A stretch of 64,000 bases of DNA from Podospora anserina. Its lineage: Eukaryota. Position numbers and translations under genes: made by a program. Position 1 is the stretch's first letter. The number at the start of each line of letters is the position of its first letter. The DNA lies in the NCBI GenBank assembly GCA_017654855.1, contig CM030334.1, forward strand, positions 1,612,001 to 1,676,000, in the 5' to 3' direction. The notes beneath the pieces were generated by a model. The model was given only the letters and a program-made list of their open reading frames with translations. It had not been told where the DNA came from and did not search any database. Shown here piece after piece: positions 24,501 to 36,643 of the stretch.

Positions 24501-27500
24501 TCCGTGGGCAGGGGTTGGTTTTGCGTGCTCAGCGGCGGGATTGCTCGCCATGGACCAGGGCCCTCCTGGCGCAACCACCGCCTCGGGACAGGCTGTCATG
24601 ATTACAGACGGTACGGATATGTTACGGAATACCTTACGTGGGTAACCTGTACTTCTCTCCCTGCTCCCAGCCTCTTTCTGCATGCACCTTTTTCGGTCCC
24701 AATGGCTTTGGAAGGTGCAACAGCACTGGTCAGAACTATCTGATGGGTTGGCAAACTGCAGCTTGCAGCGAACGCCCCTTCGTATCTCTGGTTTTCTGGC
24801 TTGTCGGCACCCTCGCCAACGCATCGCGGACCGCGCGGAAGACCGCCGGGGAGATTGCGCCGCTGCTCGATACCAGCAAGAGATCGCCATGCGATGCTGT
24901 TTTGACGCTGGCTGACTGGCTCAACAAGACGCCGGTCATTACTCGAGCCTGTGGTCAAGGTTCCGCCGGGCGAACCAAATGTTTGAGCAGTACTGGGTCT
25001 GCTGGGGCGGAACCATCCTCTCTGGAGAGGGTCGAAGAAACGAAACGAACGTCTTGACGAGTTCCTTCCCTCCTAGTCGGCCCCGTGTTCCCAGCCGGCC
25101 GGGTTTCCGTTTGTGCAACCTGACAGATCGACCCCCCCCCCTCGTCGGCGACCTGTCCCGACCTCACCGGTCTTGGCAGTTCGCTATTTCCGTCAGAGAT
25201 GACTGGGGACGTGAGGGGAAGAGGAATAAGAAACGAAACGAAAACTAAACTAAACTCGCAGATGCATTGCCATAGTGCCATATCACCATGAACAGTTGGT
25301 TCTCTCTGGATCTTCTCCACCGATGTCCAAACCCCCCGCAGCATTTCCGTCGTGGTTGGGGTGGCCAGCCTCACTATAGGCACGATGGGAAAACTACTAT
25401 AATGCATGATATTGACGGGACCTATCAAGCTCCTTACCCAGAACCACGAAGAGACAATTTGTCATGCCGGCGGCAGCACGATGATGCGCACGAGTTCCGG
25501 CTTGGCCACCCTCTTGTTCAAATAATGAAGAACTAGCAACAACGTGCAGCTGTGGCGTGACGACAAGTTGGATGCTGGGTTTGGTGGCTTTCTGCTGATG
25601 TTGGATATGGGCGGGCGGATGCTGCGCAAAGTAAGTGAGTGCATTTGTCTCCTTGCATCGACTTGCATTTTCCTGTCCAGCAGTCCCAGCAATCTGGGAT
25701 GGAAAGTTCCACGCTCCCTCCTCCTCGGCTTACTGGTCTCGATCAGACAGACATTCACACCACCCCTTTCTCCTGCTTGCGTATATGCCTGCATATATGC
25801 AACCCCTATCTCGACATCGACGCAGTATGATAGGTTCCAAGATTCGCATACCCTGCTGTGCTGTGCCCATCACCATCAACCTTTTGCTCCATGTCCGCCG
25901 GACCGGACCGAAAGCCCCTCTCTTTGTTTGGATTCTGAGGGGGGAGGAGTTGCTTAAGTGGTCATATGCTGAAGAATGCATAACATGCATATCTCCACTC
26001 TTTCAAGCCCTCCTTCCCCTTTCTGCCTCGTCTCCCGACCATGACCCGCTACCCCCTCTCCCCCCATGATGAATGCTCTTGTTTTGTCTCATCCTTGGCT
26101 TTTTCCCCTGCCATTGTCGTCAGATTCGGGCTTGTGGAGGACTTGTTTCCCGCCAGCTCGCAGCGCCTGGGTCGCTTTGATGAGCTAGCTTGGGATAGCT
26201 GTGCCCGAGGTGGAGGACATGCGGTATGAGTAATGCTCGACACACCAGTGGCTATCAGACTGGTTGTTACAGCCATGTGGCGTCAGCAGTAGAGCTTACA
26301 TGAAGACCACCTTCCACAAGTGGGGGATTCTTCTTTTGATGACTTTTTGTGACAGGCGAGTTCAAGTGGAAACGGGCCAAAATGGAGTTGAATTGTTCGA
26401 TGCCCTGCCCTGTCCCTTAAGGTTCCCAATAACATAGCGAGTGGCTGATTCATGGTGCAGCAGTTTTTTTGCGTGCATATTTGATATTTCCTGGGTTTTT
26501 TTTTTTTTTTGTTGGTTTTTTGGCGCTTCGCTTGTTTGGGGGAGGCTTTTCGTTTCTGCTTGCTTTGCTTCCTCGCTTACTCTCTGCCTTGCATACGCGT
26601 GGGTGGGTGGGAAAAAGCTGGAGCCTTCTGTGGACTGGGTGTATGTAACGTACTCTTTCATTTTCTTTACACACGCCAGGGCTCCATCGACCCCCAACAG
26701 GTTGACCGGGCCGGTGCTTTTTTTTTTTTTTGGGAAAGGGCTGTTCTGTTTTGTGTGTCAATGAAGATGGTTTGTGGTGGAGTTTTGGGCAGCAAAAGTA
26801 TGGGGTAGGTAGGTTTGACGGTGTGAGTTTGTTGCACGCTACTAGCACGTTTGGTCAAGTGACCTGGAGGGAGGGTCGGTTGGTTTTTAGTGTGGAAGGC
26901 AAGGAAGTTGTTGGCGGGTGGCGAGGAAGGCGTTTGGGGCGGCTGTTTGGCTGTGGGGGTTTGGTGCTCAAGTGGAGGATGATGGGGGGATGGGGGTTGT
27001 TGTCATTATGATGGCTATGGAGCTTGGAGACTTTGAGGTTGAAGATGACTGTTGCGCGAGAGCCGCGGTAGGTTAACTAGGTGACTGGCACGGTGCTCAG
27101 CTCAGGATTTAGGGTTGTTTGTGGTTGTTCTCTTTGGACAGTTTGACTGCTATTATCCAGCGGTGGCCGCAATAGCCTCTTTGGGCTTGGGAACTTGTGA
27201 GCAATAACTCTGTCTGACGACGAGGTGAGTCTTGGAATTGAGCCTTGTATGAACTCGGGAAGGCGGTTTCATGAAAAGAGACCAAAAGACTGTATACATT
27301 ATAGTCTCTGCTCCATTGTCCAGCAAGTGCTTTTTCTACATCATGGTTATGTCAATGACGTGGGGATGGCAATGGTTGACTCTGAAACTTATCAGGACAT
27401 GTAATACTTTATCAGAATGAAACAGGCTCTGGTTGAAGCAGAGGATAGATATCAAGAGACGATCGAGCTACGCTGTTGAACATAGGTACGGAACGAGCCA

Positions 27501-28856
27501 GTCGTATATGATAATGCCTGCACCTCTCACTGACAAGCTGTGTGTTTTTACCTTCTTATGACTCCTTCACCGGTGACATTGTGTGTGCTGGGGGTAATCA
27601 GGTTTTTTTTTCTTTTTGTCATGTTTAAATGCCGGGAGTTAAGCAGGATTCCTGCCAGGTCAGTCAGAGGTGTTATTTTGTAAGGTGAAGTAAGTTCCAA
27701 GGTAAATGAAGAGAAGGGAAAACCACAGGAAAACACCGGGCACGCAAGATACGCTTAGCAGTGGCCCTGCCCACTGTAATGAGACCAAACAGAAAGCTTA
27801 GATGTGGGAGGCTTGCAGAGCGCTGACATCTATTTTTTCTCTTTTTGACAAAATCAACGCCACTTTGGCGTTCAAGAAGGTTTTACAAGACATGAAAGGG
27901 AAAATGGTTGGTAGTTTGTATTCTGTGATTTGTTTCTTTTGCTCGTTCTGTTTTTTCTCTCCGCTTCCCCGCCCTGAAGTTTCAAAGGTTATGTTGTGTT
28001 TTCTCGGGGTTGATTTCTCTTTTGATCTGGTTGGAATACTTTTACATGTAATCAGGAACCATGTCAGAAAGTTCGGAACCTCGGGCTGCCCTCCATGTGA
28101 AGCTTTGAATGAATTTCTTTTCTGGCGGCTTCTGTTAGGTTTTTTTTTTTTTTTTTTTAAAAAAAGCAGGGCTTTGATCTGGCTTTTCGGGCTCACGTAT
28201 TGAGTTGATTTTGTATTTTAGCTTAGGTACCTATATAGATTTTTCAACGGTAGGGGCCGTTTGTGACGTAATCATAGAGGTGGTGTGGTTTGTATGAGTA
28301 AACGGTGACTAAGTGGAAAGGTATCGTCGACTACACCTGGTACGGGGCTTGAGCAGCACGCAATGTCTTGACTTGACGTGGCGCGTGTTCAGGATGATTT
28401 TGCGGTTTTTTTCATTTTTTTCATTAAGGTTTTTTTGAGTGAGATTTGAGTTTGGTGGATGGCGTTTGGTCTAAGTGGATGTATCTGGTGCCTGGGTGGT
28501 GAAGCTATCAGGGTTAAGAAGTCGAGGGGATTTCAGACACACTGTGCTCATCGACGGCGACAGAGAGGGGAGATACAGCGGGAGCAAGGAGGATGAGAGG
28601 AGAATATTTGCTCCAGTGAAGTCATATCAAGGAGCAACATGCCTCTTTACTCTTGACGAGCAAACACGTTCAGCATCAGACGGAAAGCCATAGGACCATC
28701 AACAACCTCCTCGCCGCCTCCTGCCTGGAAGCTACCGCTATGTGGATCATCATTAAGGTTGTCTTCACCAAAGGTTCCGCCCACGGAAAGCTGCGAAACA
28801 TTCGCCGAGCAGGGTATAAAATGAGTATTCACCTCACCTGCTCACCCAAAGTCAGT

Positions 28857-28895
28857 TTCTTCTTCTTCTTCTTCTTCTTCTTCTTCTTCTTCTTC
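28857..28895. repeat. (TTC)n microsatellite, ~13 units
   Basis: Read directly. Confidence 0.95.
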
Positions 28896-29152
28896 TTGCT
28901 ATTGTCGCCGGACCCATCTTCTGCCGAGCTGGACCACAACTTGGATATTTCAAGAGCGACGACAATCTTGAACACTCTTCCAACTTTTATCACAACAGAG
29001 GTTTACCGAGATCCAAGCTGCCACAACAGTCTGTTTACGGACTTGTCGAACGCCATTACCACAGGAGTCTATCGAACGCCATCAGTACCGGAGGCACTCG
29101 AGAGAATAGAACCGAACGATATTCTAGCTTGACGAGTTCGCTGACCACCAAT

Positions 29153-30628
29153 ATGGGCAACCAAGCCTCAACACTAGCTCGTCCTCTCGACGCTGCTGAC
29201 TCTATTCGCGCCCATCTTTCTGCTGGGACATCTCGCCCTCAGGGCACCGCCGGCACACGCGCTCAGGACACTGTTGGTGCGCCTCCTCACAATGGGACTC
29301 GCCATCCAAGCCCGCAAGAAACCGCTTCGAGTTACCGACCTGGACCACGGGCAATTGCCCTTCCAACTGCTTTGCAACCACCATCAGGCCCACCCCAAAG
29401 CCAACAACACTCTCGGTCTTGCTCACCTCCCCGCTCGGACGCAATCGCGGTCCCGTCATCATCCGACCTAATCAGTGCCTCCCCAACAAACCAGTCGGAT
29501 CACGAAACCAACCCATCACCCCGCTCCTTCTGGCGATCCTTCTCTCCAAATCACCTCACCCGCCGCCCTTTTCCAAAACCCGAACCAGAGAGACCACCCG
29601 ACACGGATGAATTCGACCCCTCCCACCCCCCCTCCCCAAAACCCTTCAACCCCGACTGCCTAGGCCATCAAGTCGGAATCTACTCCGCCCAGACCCGCGC
29701 TCTGGGTGACGCCCTCGATCTCATCTACGAGGACTTGGACGCCCACAGGGAGACGGTTGACACGCTGGCGAAGAAGCTGGGTGAGTACCAACGTGCGTTG
29801 GCGACGCTGCTCGCGACTCCCGTCACGGCTGAGAGCTCCCCCTGTGCAAGGGCGAGGGCGTCGAAAGCACGGAGGTGCGGGCGGAAGTGCTTTGAGACCA
29901 TCATCGCCGGTATTCAAGAGCGGCTCTTGCGCCTTCCGCCGTTGGGGGAGATCATCAGGGAGGAGCTTAATTCTACTCTGAGGGAGTCGCTAGAGCAGGA
30001 TTTTGACGCTGCTGGGAGGTGTCGGAGGGCTCGTCTCCAACGCCGGAAAGAGGAGGCGGACCGGGAAGGGGAAAAGCTCGCCAAGGAGAGGCTTTTCACC
30101 CCAATGATGGCGATGGATCTTTCTTCCAGGTCGAGATGGAAGAGCACGAAGCTGCCCGACCAAAACGAGGAGCTTCAAGACAAGATGATGGCTCAGCAAA
30201 CCGACTTTTTGCGCTGGAAGAAGGATAATCCCGGGGTTGACCTGCCGGAGGACGATTTGATGAGCCCGCCGCCCAGATGGTGGGGGGCTTTTCTGAAGAG
30301 GGGCGCTTGGAACAAGGGAGGGGAGCTTCTGAAGGAGGAGCTCAGGTTTGAGATGTTTGGGCGGGAGATCAAGAAGATGCAGGAGAGGGTTGAGTTGGAC
30401 GAGTTGTTGACAAGGGAGACGAGGGGGGTTGTCAAGAGGAGGGGGGAGGTTTGGAGGTTGAGGGGGGAGGTGAGGAGGGCTATGGAGGATGCGGGGTATG
30501 GGAGGGATAAGTTTGATTGGGGGAAGATTTTGGGGTTGGAAAAGGGGGAGGAGGAAGTGGTGGATGATGGTGAGGAGGAAGGGTTGGAGGAGTTTGTTGG
30601 GGAGTTGGGGGAGGTTATGCCTGATTAG
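29153..30628 (+). CDS. Hypothetical protein: MGNQAS N-terminus, Pro/Ser-rich region, coiled-coil C-terminal half
   Basis: 491-codon intronless ORF from the first ATG; helical heptad-like segments; typical local composition gradient. Confidence 0.75.
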   Translation: MGNQASTLARPLDAADSIRAHLSAGTSRPQGTAGTRAQDTVGAPPHNGTRHPSPQETASSYRPGPRAIALPTALQPPSGPPQSQQHSRSCSPPRSDAIAVPSSSDLISASPTNQSDHETNPSPRSFWRSFSPNHLTRRPFPKPEPERPPDTDEFDPSHPPSPKPFNPDCLGHQVGIYSAQTRALGDALDLIYEDLDAHRETVDTLAKKLGEYQRALATLLATPVTAESSPCARARASKARRCGRKCFETIIAGIQERLLRLPPLGEIIREELNSTLRESLEQDFDAAGRCRRARLQRRKEEADREGEKLAKERLFTPMMAMDLSSRSRWKSTKLPDQNEELQDKMMAQQTDFLRWKKDNPGVDLPEDDLMSPPPRWWGAFLKRGAWNKGGELLKEELRFEMFGREIKKMQERVELDELLTRETRGVVKRRGEVWRLRGEVRRAMEDAGYGRDKFDWGKILGLEKGEEEVVDDGEEEGLEEFVGELGEVMPD

Positions 30629-31199
30629 AGAGGGGCGGGGGGAATAGACACGAGACGGTATTCACGGATTACTGTCGACATGGCGAAGTTCAATAGGCCA
30701 GACGAAGGGGATGTATTACAGCGCCGGGGGCCGGTATTCTCATCCGCAATACTGGCGGCCCCGGGGTCGGAGTTGGGAACTGGGAACTGGAAGCTGGAAG
30801 CTGGGAGTTGCGGTTTTTTTTTTCAGGGGTTGGCATGGTTCGGGGATGGTTAGCAAGATACCCAGGCGTATATGGCGTTCGATATCATGATAACCGAGAT
30901 ACATCTTAGTGTGTTGGAATAGTTGCTTTCCATAGCAAGAGATGGGTTCTGGACACACAAGACCAGTATTGCACAAGATACCCTGACATGTTGTGAACTT
31001 GTCAACTGATTTTCTGAATAAATATTGATATCATCATATGCCTGCTGATGTTCTGCGGCTTGTGTGAGAAGGAGAAATGTGGGTAAGTTGCGATGGGTGT
31101 ATAGCAGTATGGTCCGTAATATCAACCAACCTCAAGACCTGTCCAACACGTCAGCATCCAGCAGCAAATCATCCACAGGAAATATTCACCCCTTACCAT

Positions 31200-31517
31200 T
31201 CAAGCAGCCCTCCTCTTCAGATACTGCCCTTCCCAGGTCCCTTGATATCCCACTTGACACTGCGTCTCCTCCTCTGACCCAGGCGTCTCTGGGCCCTCGT
31301 CCACGACCGACCAATCCTCCTCCTTGTCGTCCTGTTGCTTCAGATCCAGGCCATTAGCCCGTCGGTGATAAGAACAGCTCTTGTTGGTGGTCTTGTACGT
31401 GACCCACGAGCTGCAGTTTGTGCGAAAACTGTCGCACACGTGGTGGGTGGCCGTGTCTTCTTTGCAGCCGCAGCCAAAGGTGAGGCAGACTTTCCAGCAA
31501 AAGTATTGGCGTGGCAT
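31200..31517 (-). CDS. Small Cys/His-rich, putative metal-binding protein (105 aa)
   Basis: MPRQYFCWKVCLTFGCGCKEDTATHHVCDSFRTNCSSWVTYKTTNKSCSYH followed by an acidic tail. Confidence 0.55.
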   Translation of the reverse strand: MPRQYFCWKVCLTFGCGCKEDTATHHVCDSFRTNCSSWVTYKTTNKSCSYHRRANGLDLKQQDDKEEDWSVVDEGPETPGSEEETQCQVGYQGTWEGQYLKRRAA

Positions 31518-32539
31518 TCTGACTGAGGCTGAACCCCTGTTCGCAGCAATGAGGGGGGCTTGCGGGGAGGAGAAAAGAAAAACAGCCTTGCTGTTCTGGG
31601 GGAACGATAATAAAATCAGACAAGAAGGCCGGAACTCGGTAGCAAGAAATATTACGTGTCCTGCACGACGAGGTTGAACAAGAACCAAGAGACACCACGT
31701 TCTGGCATGTGGTGTTGGTTGTGTGCTGGTGCGAGGCCGAGGGAACGAATAAAGGGTTCTAGATCAACGAGGCGGTAGGCTGCTACACTACTGCATGCAT
31801 GAGTATGAGAATAGTAAGACGACGGGGGGATTGAAACAGAAACGGTGTTCCGATTGGGGAGGGTTGGTGGGTAGCTGCCGCCGGTCTGCTCCGGATGGGG
31901 GAGACTAAAGCCGAGAGGAAAATGATAGGAGAGTTGTGGTTGAGTAGGGAGGGATCTAAAAGAAATCAAGAAATCACGCCAACGCTGATGCTGCTGGGAG
32001 GTTACGTAGAAAAAAGTTGAAGTGTTGTTGAAACATTGTAAGTGGGTGGACGTCGGAATTATTGGGGACCTTGACGGCCAGGCCTGGACAGTGCGGCAGG
32101 GGATGAAGGGGGGGAACTGAACACTGTGGACTCCACAGGATTCCCCGGCACACCCGCTGCCATCATTGCCTCATTGGTGGCCTGGCTCCGTGTCCCTGGC
32201 ACGCTTCGATCCTCGCTGTAATCACTGACGACAGCAGAAACAGGAGACAATCATTTCTCACTGATTGAGCCATCATCTCTCTTTGCCCTGGCCTGGCAGA
32301 GAAACCACTCTGACGCTTATATTTCGAATTTAGTTTTTGTATTAATACTCTAGCTTCTCTCTACGCCTAGCCTACCGGTTTTCTAGATCGCTGTTGCCCT
32401 CGTACGACAGGTAGTGCTGCTGGTTGTTGCCTCCCTTAATTTCAACCATCAAATTGAACGACAGACGTGTCAATCCAGTCGCAATTCCATCGCTTTTGTC
32501 CTCACACTCCGGGTGTTCTTGTCCTCGACGGCCGCAACA

Positions 32540-35050
32540 ATGCCACGCACGCGCCCAGCAACAACGGGCTATGAAAGGCTCGCACAAGCCGACCAGTTCG
32601 GCGACGACTCCGACGACGAAGATCCCCTCGCCCACAGCTATGCCTCCCTCCAACCTGCTCAAGCCCCGCAATATGCGCCTATCACACAACCCCGCCCGCA
32701 CTCGGGCATGTCGACGCCGAAGCGGAGGAGGTCGTCATCATCCGCCAATCTTCGCGGACGGGGTCGCCGAGCTCGGAGCAACTCAGGGGTCGACCTGAAA
32801 GCCATCAATGCCCGCCTCGAGCGATGGGCGGACGAGATCGCCTCCAAATTCAAGCGCGGGAAGAACAAAAAGACGGGCGAGGAAGAGAGGCTGGAGATTC
32901 ACCACTCGGTGTTCCAAGCCCCTGAGGGTGTCCGCCCCGTCACAGCCGAACAGCTGGCTGTACCAGAACCGGGGTACATGACAAGGGCGGAATTCGAAGT
33001 CATTGTGGACAGCGTTAGGGAGGCCATTCGGAAGGGCGTGCAGCCGCTCATGATCTCGCAGGGTAGCTCTGGCAGCTACTTTGCGAGGAATCCTGACGGC
33101 AAGGTTGTGGGAGTGTTCAAGCCCAAGGACGAGGAGCCGTATGCGGCTGGTAACCCGAAATGGAACAAGTGGATTCATCGAAACCTGTTCCCGTGCTGTT
33201 TCGGCAGGGCTTGTCTTATTCCCAATCTTTCCTACGTCAGCGAGGCCGCTGCGTACGTCCTCGACGCCCAGCTACGAACTCACATGGTCCCATACACCGA
33301 CGTCGTTTACCTCTCATCGAAATCCTTCCACTATCCATTCTGGGACCGCTACAACTTCTCGAGAAAGAAAAAGACACTGCCCGCCAAACCTGGCAGTTTC
33401 CAGGTGTTCCTCAAGGGCTTCAAAGATGCCAACGTCTTCCTGCGGGAACACCCATGGCCAGACCAGTATCTATCTGGCTTCCGGACGAATGATCCCCACA
33501 GGAAAAAGAAGAAGAGATGGGTGGATAACTGCCGTCCGACGGGGGCGATGCAAGGCGACGGAGATAGTGACGAGGAAGGTCAAGGCAGCCCTGCCTCGGC
33601 AACACCAAGCCCGGGCAACTTTGTGTGGACGCCGTCACTGAAGCAGTCGTTCCGGGAGGAGCTGGAGAAGCTCGTTATTTTGGATTACATCATGCGGAAT
33701 ACTGATAGAGGGTTGGACAATTGGATGATCAAGGTCGATTGGGAAGCTCAGAAAGCGTCGATAGTGTCGGACCCAGTCCAGCTCAACACCGACGTGGAAG
33801 AACCAGAGGAGCCGGAGGAGGGGCCGAGACCGGTGGATCTGGCGACCAGAGAACCGCCAAAGACTCGTGCGTCTTGCCCTTACCGAACAGAGAGGCCCAT
33901 GAACGCCTCGACGCCGGTATCGAGCACACCGGACCCCAAGATTTCCATCGGTGCCATCGACAATTCGTTGTCATGGCCCTGGAAGCACCCAGACGCCTGG
34001 AGGAGCTTTCCCTTTGGGTGGCTTTTCTTGCCGGTTGATCTGATTGGCAGGCCGTTCAGTCAGAAGACGAGGGATCACTTCTTGCCGCTGCTCACGTCGA
34101 CCACATGGTGGTCGCAGACACAGCTTGCGCTGAGGAGGGTGTTTCAGATGGACCCGGATTTCCAGGAAAAGATGTTTTCGAGGCAGATTGCGGTTATGAA
34201 GGGGCAGGCGTGGAACGTGGTGGAGACGCTGAAGACGCCGGACCATGGGCCGTTGGAGCTGACGAGGCGGGCCAAGGTGTGTGTCTGGGATGATTTGGTC
34301 GACGTGCCGGTGGCGGTTCCTATGAGGGTTGCCTCTGCCGAGATGAGGAGACGGGCGGTGGAGGAGTCGGAGCAGGCTGCCAGTGCTGCTGCTGGACTGA
34401 CGAGATCCAACAGCGATGTTATTGCCGAGGCGGAGGAGGAGGAGATGGATATTGGGGCCTTTACCGCCGATTCAGACGCGGCTAGTGCCCCGGCCGCGAC
34501 GGGGGTGGCGGAGGTGGTGGATCTGCTTGGGATGGCGAGTCCGGTGGGAGACCTGCCCAACCCGGGGAGATTCGAGCTGGCGATGGGGGAGGAACCGCTT
34601 ACGCCTGGGTTGACACCGGGACGGTTTGAAACTCCTGTTTTGGGCGGCAGCAGCGGCAGCAGTAACGGGCCCGTACAGGTGACGAGACCTGCGCTGAAGC
34701 ATGCCAGTTACAGCCAGCCGCAGAGGTCGCTGAATATGTACTCGCCTGATCGGGGGTCGAGCTCGATGGCGGTTCATCACCAGAGGAGGTTTAGCTTTGC
34801 GACGGCGGCGGGGAGGAGGGAGAGCAACAGCATTGCGGCGCAGCTGTATGGGACAGGGAGGCTGAGCTGGGAGGGGGGGAGGCAGGGGTTTGTGGGGGAG
34901 TGGGAGGAGGAGGAGGAGGAGGAGGATGCGTTGGAGGGTGGGGATCTGGGGTTTGCGGCCGCGCAGGGGATGGAGGGAAACCAGAGGAAGGTGATTGTGG
35001 AGAGGTTGGAGGCTGTGAAGACGAGGAATCCGGTTTTTACTTGTTGGTGA
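32540..35050 (+). CDS. LSB6: Type II phosphatidylinositol 4-kinase (Lsb6)
   Basis: QGSSGSYF, VFKPKDEEPY, palmitoylation motif FPCCFGR, LDYIMRNTDRGLDNW, AIDNSL, C-terminal PVFTCW. Confidence 0.95.
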   Translation: MPRTRPATTGYERLAQADQFGDDSDDEDPLAHSYASLQPAQAPQYAPITQPRPHSGMSTPKRRRSSSSANLRGRGRRARSNSGVDLKAINARLERWADEIASKFKRGKNKKTGEEERLEIHHSVFQAPEGVRPVTAEQLAVPEPGYMTRAEFEVIVDSVREAIRKGVQPLMISQGSSGSYFARNPDGKVVGVFKPKDEEPYAAGNPKWNKWIHRNLFPCCFGRACLIPNLSYVSEAAAYVLDAQLRTHMVPYTDVVYLSSKSFHYPFWDRYNFSRKKKTLPAKPGSFQVFLKGFKDANVFLREHPWPDQYLSGFRTNDPHRKKKKRWVDNCRPTGAMQGDGDSDEEGQGSPASATPSPGNFVWTPSLKQSFREELEKLVILDYIMRNTDRGLDNWMIKVDWEAQKASIVSDPVQLNTDVEEPEEPEEGPRPVDLATREPPKTRASCPYRTERPMNASTPVSSTPDPKISIGAIDNSLSWPWKHPDAWRSFPFGWLFLPVDLIGRPFSQKTRDHFLPLLTSTTWWSQTQLALRRVFQMDPDFQEKMFSRQIAVMKGQAWNVVETLKTPDHGPLELTRRAKVCVWDDLVDVPVAVPMRVASAEMRRRAVEESEQAASAAAGLTRSNSDVIAEAEEEEMDIGAFTADSDAASAPAATGVAEVVDLLGMASPVGDLPNPGRFELAMGEEPLTPGLTPGRFETPVLGGSSGSSNGPVQVTRPALKHASYSQPQRSLNMYSPDRGSSSMAVHHQRRFSFATAAGRRESNSIAAQLYGTGRLSWEGGRQGFVGEWEEEEEEEDALEGGDLGFAAAQGMEGNQRKVIVERLEAVKTRNPVFTCW

Positions 35051-36643
35051 GGTGGGAGGCATACACGCTGGTGGTGAATATCTCTAGCTATTTTGAGCGG
35101 AAGGGGTGGGGGGGAATGGGGAGGTAGAATTACACAAAAGAACAGAGGAGTAATCATTATGCTATACCGGCACTGAGTTTTTTCTTTACTAGTCGATGCG
35201 GTGACTTCTCTTCTTGCATCAAGGACCCAGTCATGTTGTGGATAGAAACAAGAGACTGCGATGAAAATATCAGGTGTTTGAAGAACGGTTAACAGCCCCC
35301 TACTCTCTACCACCACCCTCCTCCTCTGAACCCCAGAACACACCTGCCAGACCATCAACCACACTCATCAGCCAGCCCCCTTTGGTACTCAGCTTCAGTC
35401 CATTTAACCACTCCTCCCATCTCAAAGATAACCACCAGCACAAGGGAGGTAGACATGCCTAATCAAGCGGTGGCCTCGTGCCCTCTCCCTCGGCAACAAT
35501 CAAAGACCCTGAAAGCTTCAGAATACTAGAACCTCGCTCGCTCACGAACCAACGGACCTACCAGGTGGCTGACCGTGTCACTCCATCAGCAAGAGCTGAA
35601 TGAGGTTTCCAACTCTTCCTGTTGGTAGCTGGGAGGTGGGTGGGTGGGTGGCTACCTTGAGGGACAGAGCCAATAAAAGGATGGCGTCTTTCCATCGTGA
35701 TTTCTGCTACGGCAGCGTGGATAAGAGGTGTCTGTTGGGGCGGGAGTGGGAGGGGACGAAAGGAGAGGGGTGAGTTGGTTGAGTAGATATTCCAGATAGG
35801 TCGAGGGTTTCCATGACTGGAGGGGGCGGGATGAAGGGGGTTGGTGTCACCTGTGTGAGGGGATGGGGGAGTTGTTTAGTGTGGGTTTTGTGGTGGTAGG
35901 AGTGATGAGGTTTGTACCCAGGGGGAGAAGAGGTAGCTAAGGGGTTAAACGTCGGGTATCACAGTGTGTTGGCGAGGGCTCGAGATGGCGGGTAAAGTTT
36001 GAAGAGAGCGGTCTTGTACTCCATTTTGTCGTGGCGATATCCTTGTCTCGACAGGATGGGTATACCGGCCGTCGAAAGGTTCAAGATGAGAGTCTCGATG
36101 ATGTTTTGATCGACCATGTCTACTTTCGACATTACCCTTTTCACAGTCTTGCCCAAAGACCAAGTCAAAAAAGCAGATGTCATTGCCAAGACGTTGGATG
36201 ACCATGTCGAGACTGGTGGTAGTCTATATACCTTCTCAAAAGTCTAGTCCATCCTCCGTTGATGACCGGCTGCCCAACTCTCAAACAACAAAAGCAAAAT
36301 CTGACCAGGTACCCGGGGAGGGATGCCAAAACCACCGCTTCCACACCCCTAAACAACATGCCCCCCCACTTTGGTACCCCAACTAACCACTCCCTCACAC
36401 ACCAAGCAAAGCCAACCATAGGTAACAGACAACTCAATTAGAGAGACGAGACTACCCTCGCTGGCTTGTCTCAGCAGGGAGACAACAAAAGGGGCCCTCT
36501 TCCCAAAGACCACTGCGCCATGCTCGGGGTATCTTGCCATCTAAAACGCCTCTAAAATGCAAGAGTACAAAAGAAAACCCCCTAGCCCGCCAAAACCACC
36601 AGATGTGCAAGCTAGGGTATCGGCCTCCCTATTCCAATCCCAT

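Noticed and set aside
27109-27117. CAACCCTAA on the minus strand as a telomerase RNA template
   Set aside because: Single short match; no pseudoknot or CR4/5 elements recognised; expected by chance.
35560-36205. Possible small spliced minus-strand gene between LSB6 and the 36644 ORF
   Set aside because: An intron-like segment exists but I could not build a consistent open frame or recognise a domain.
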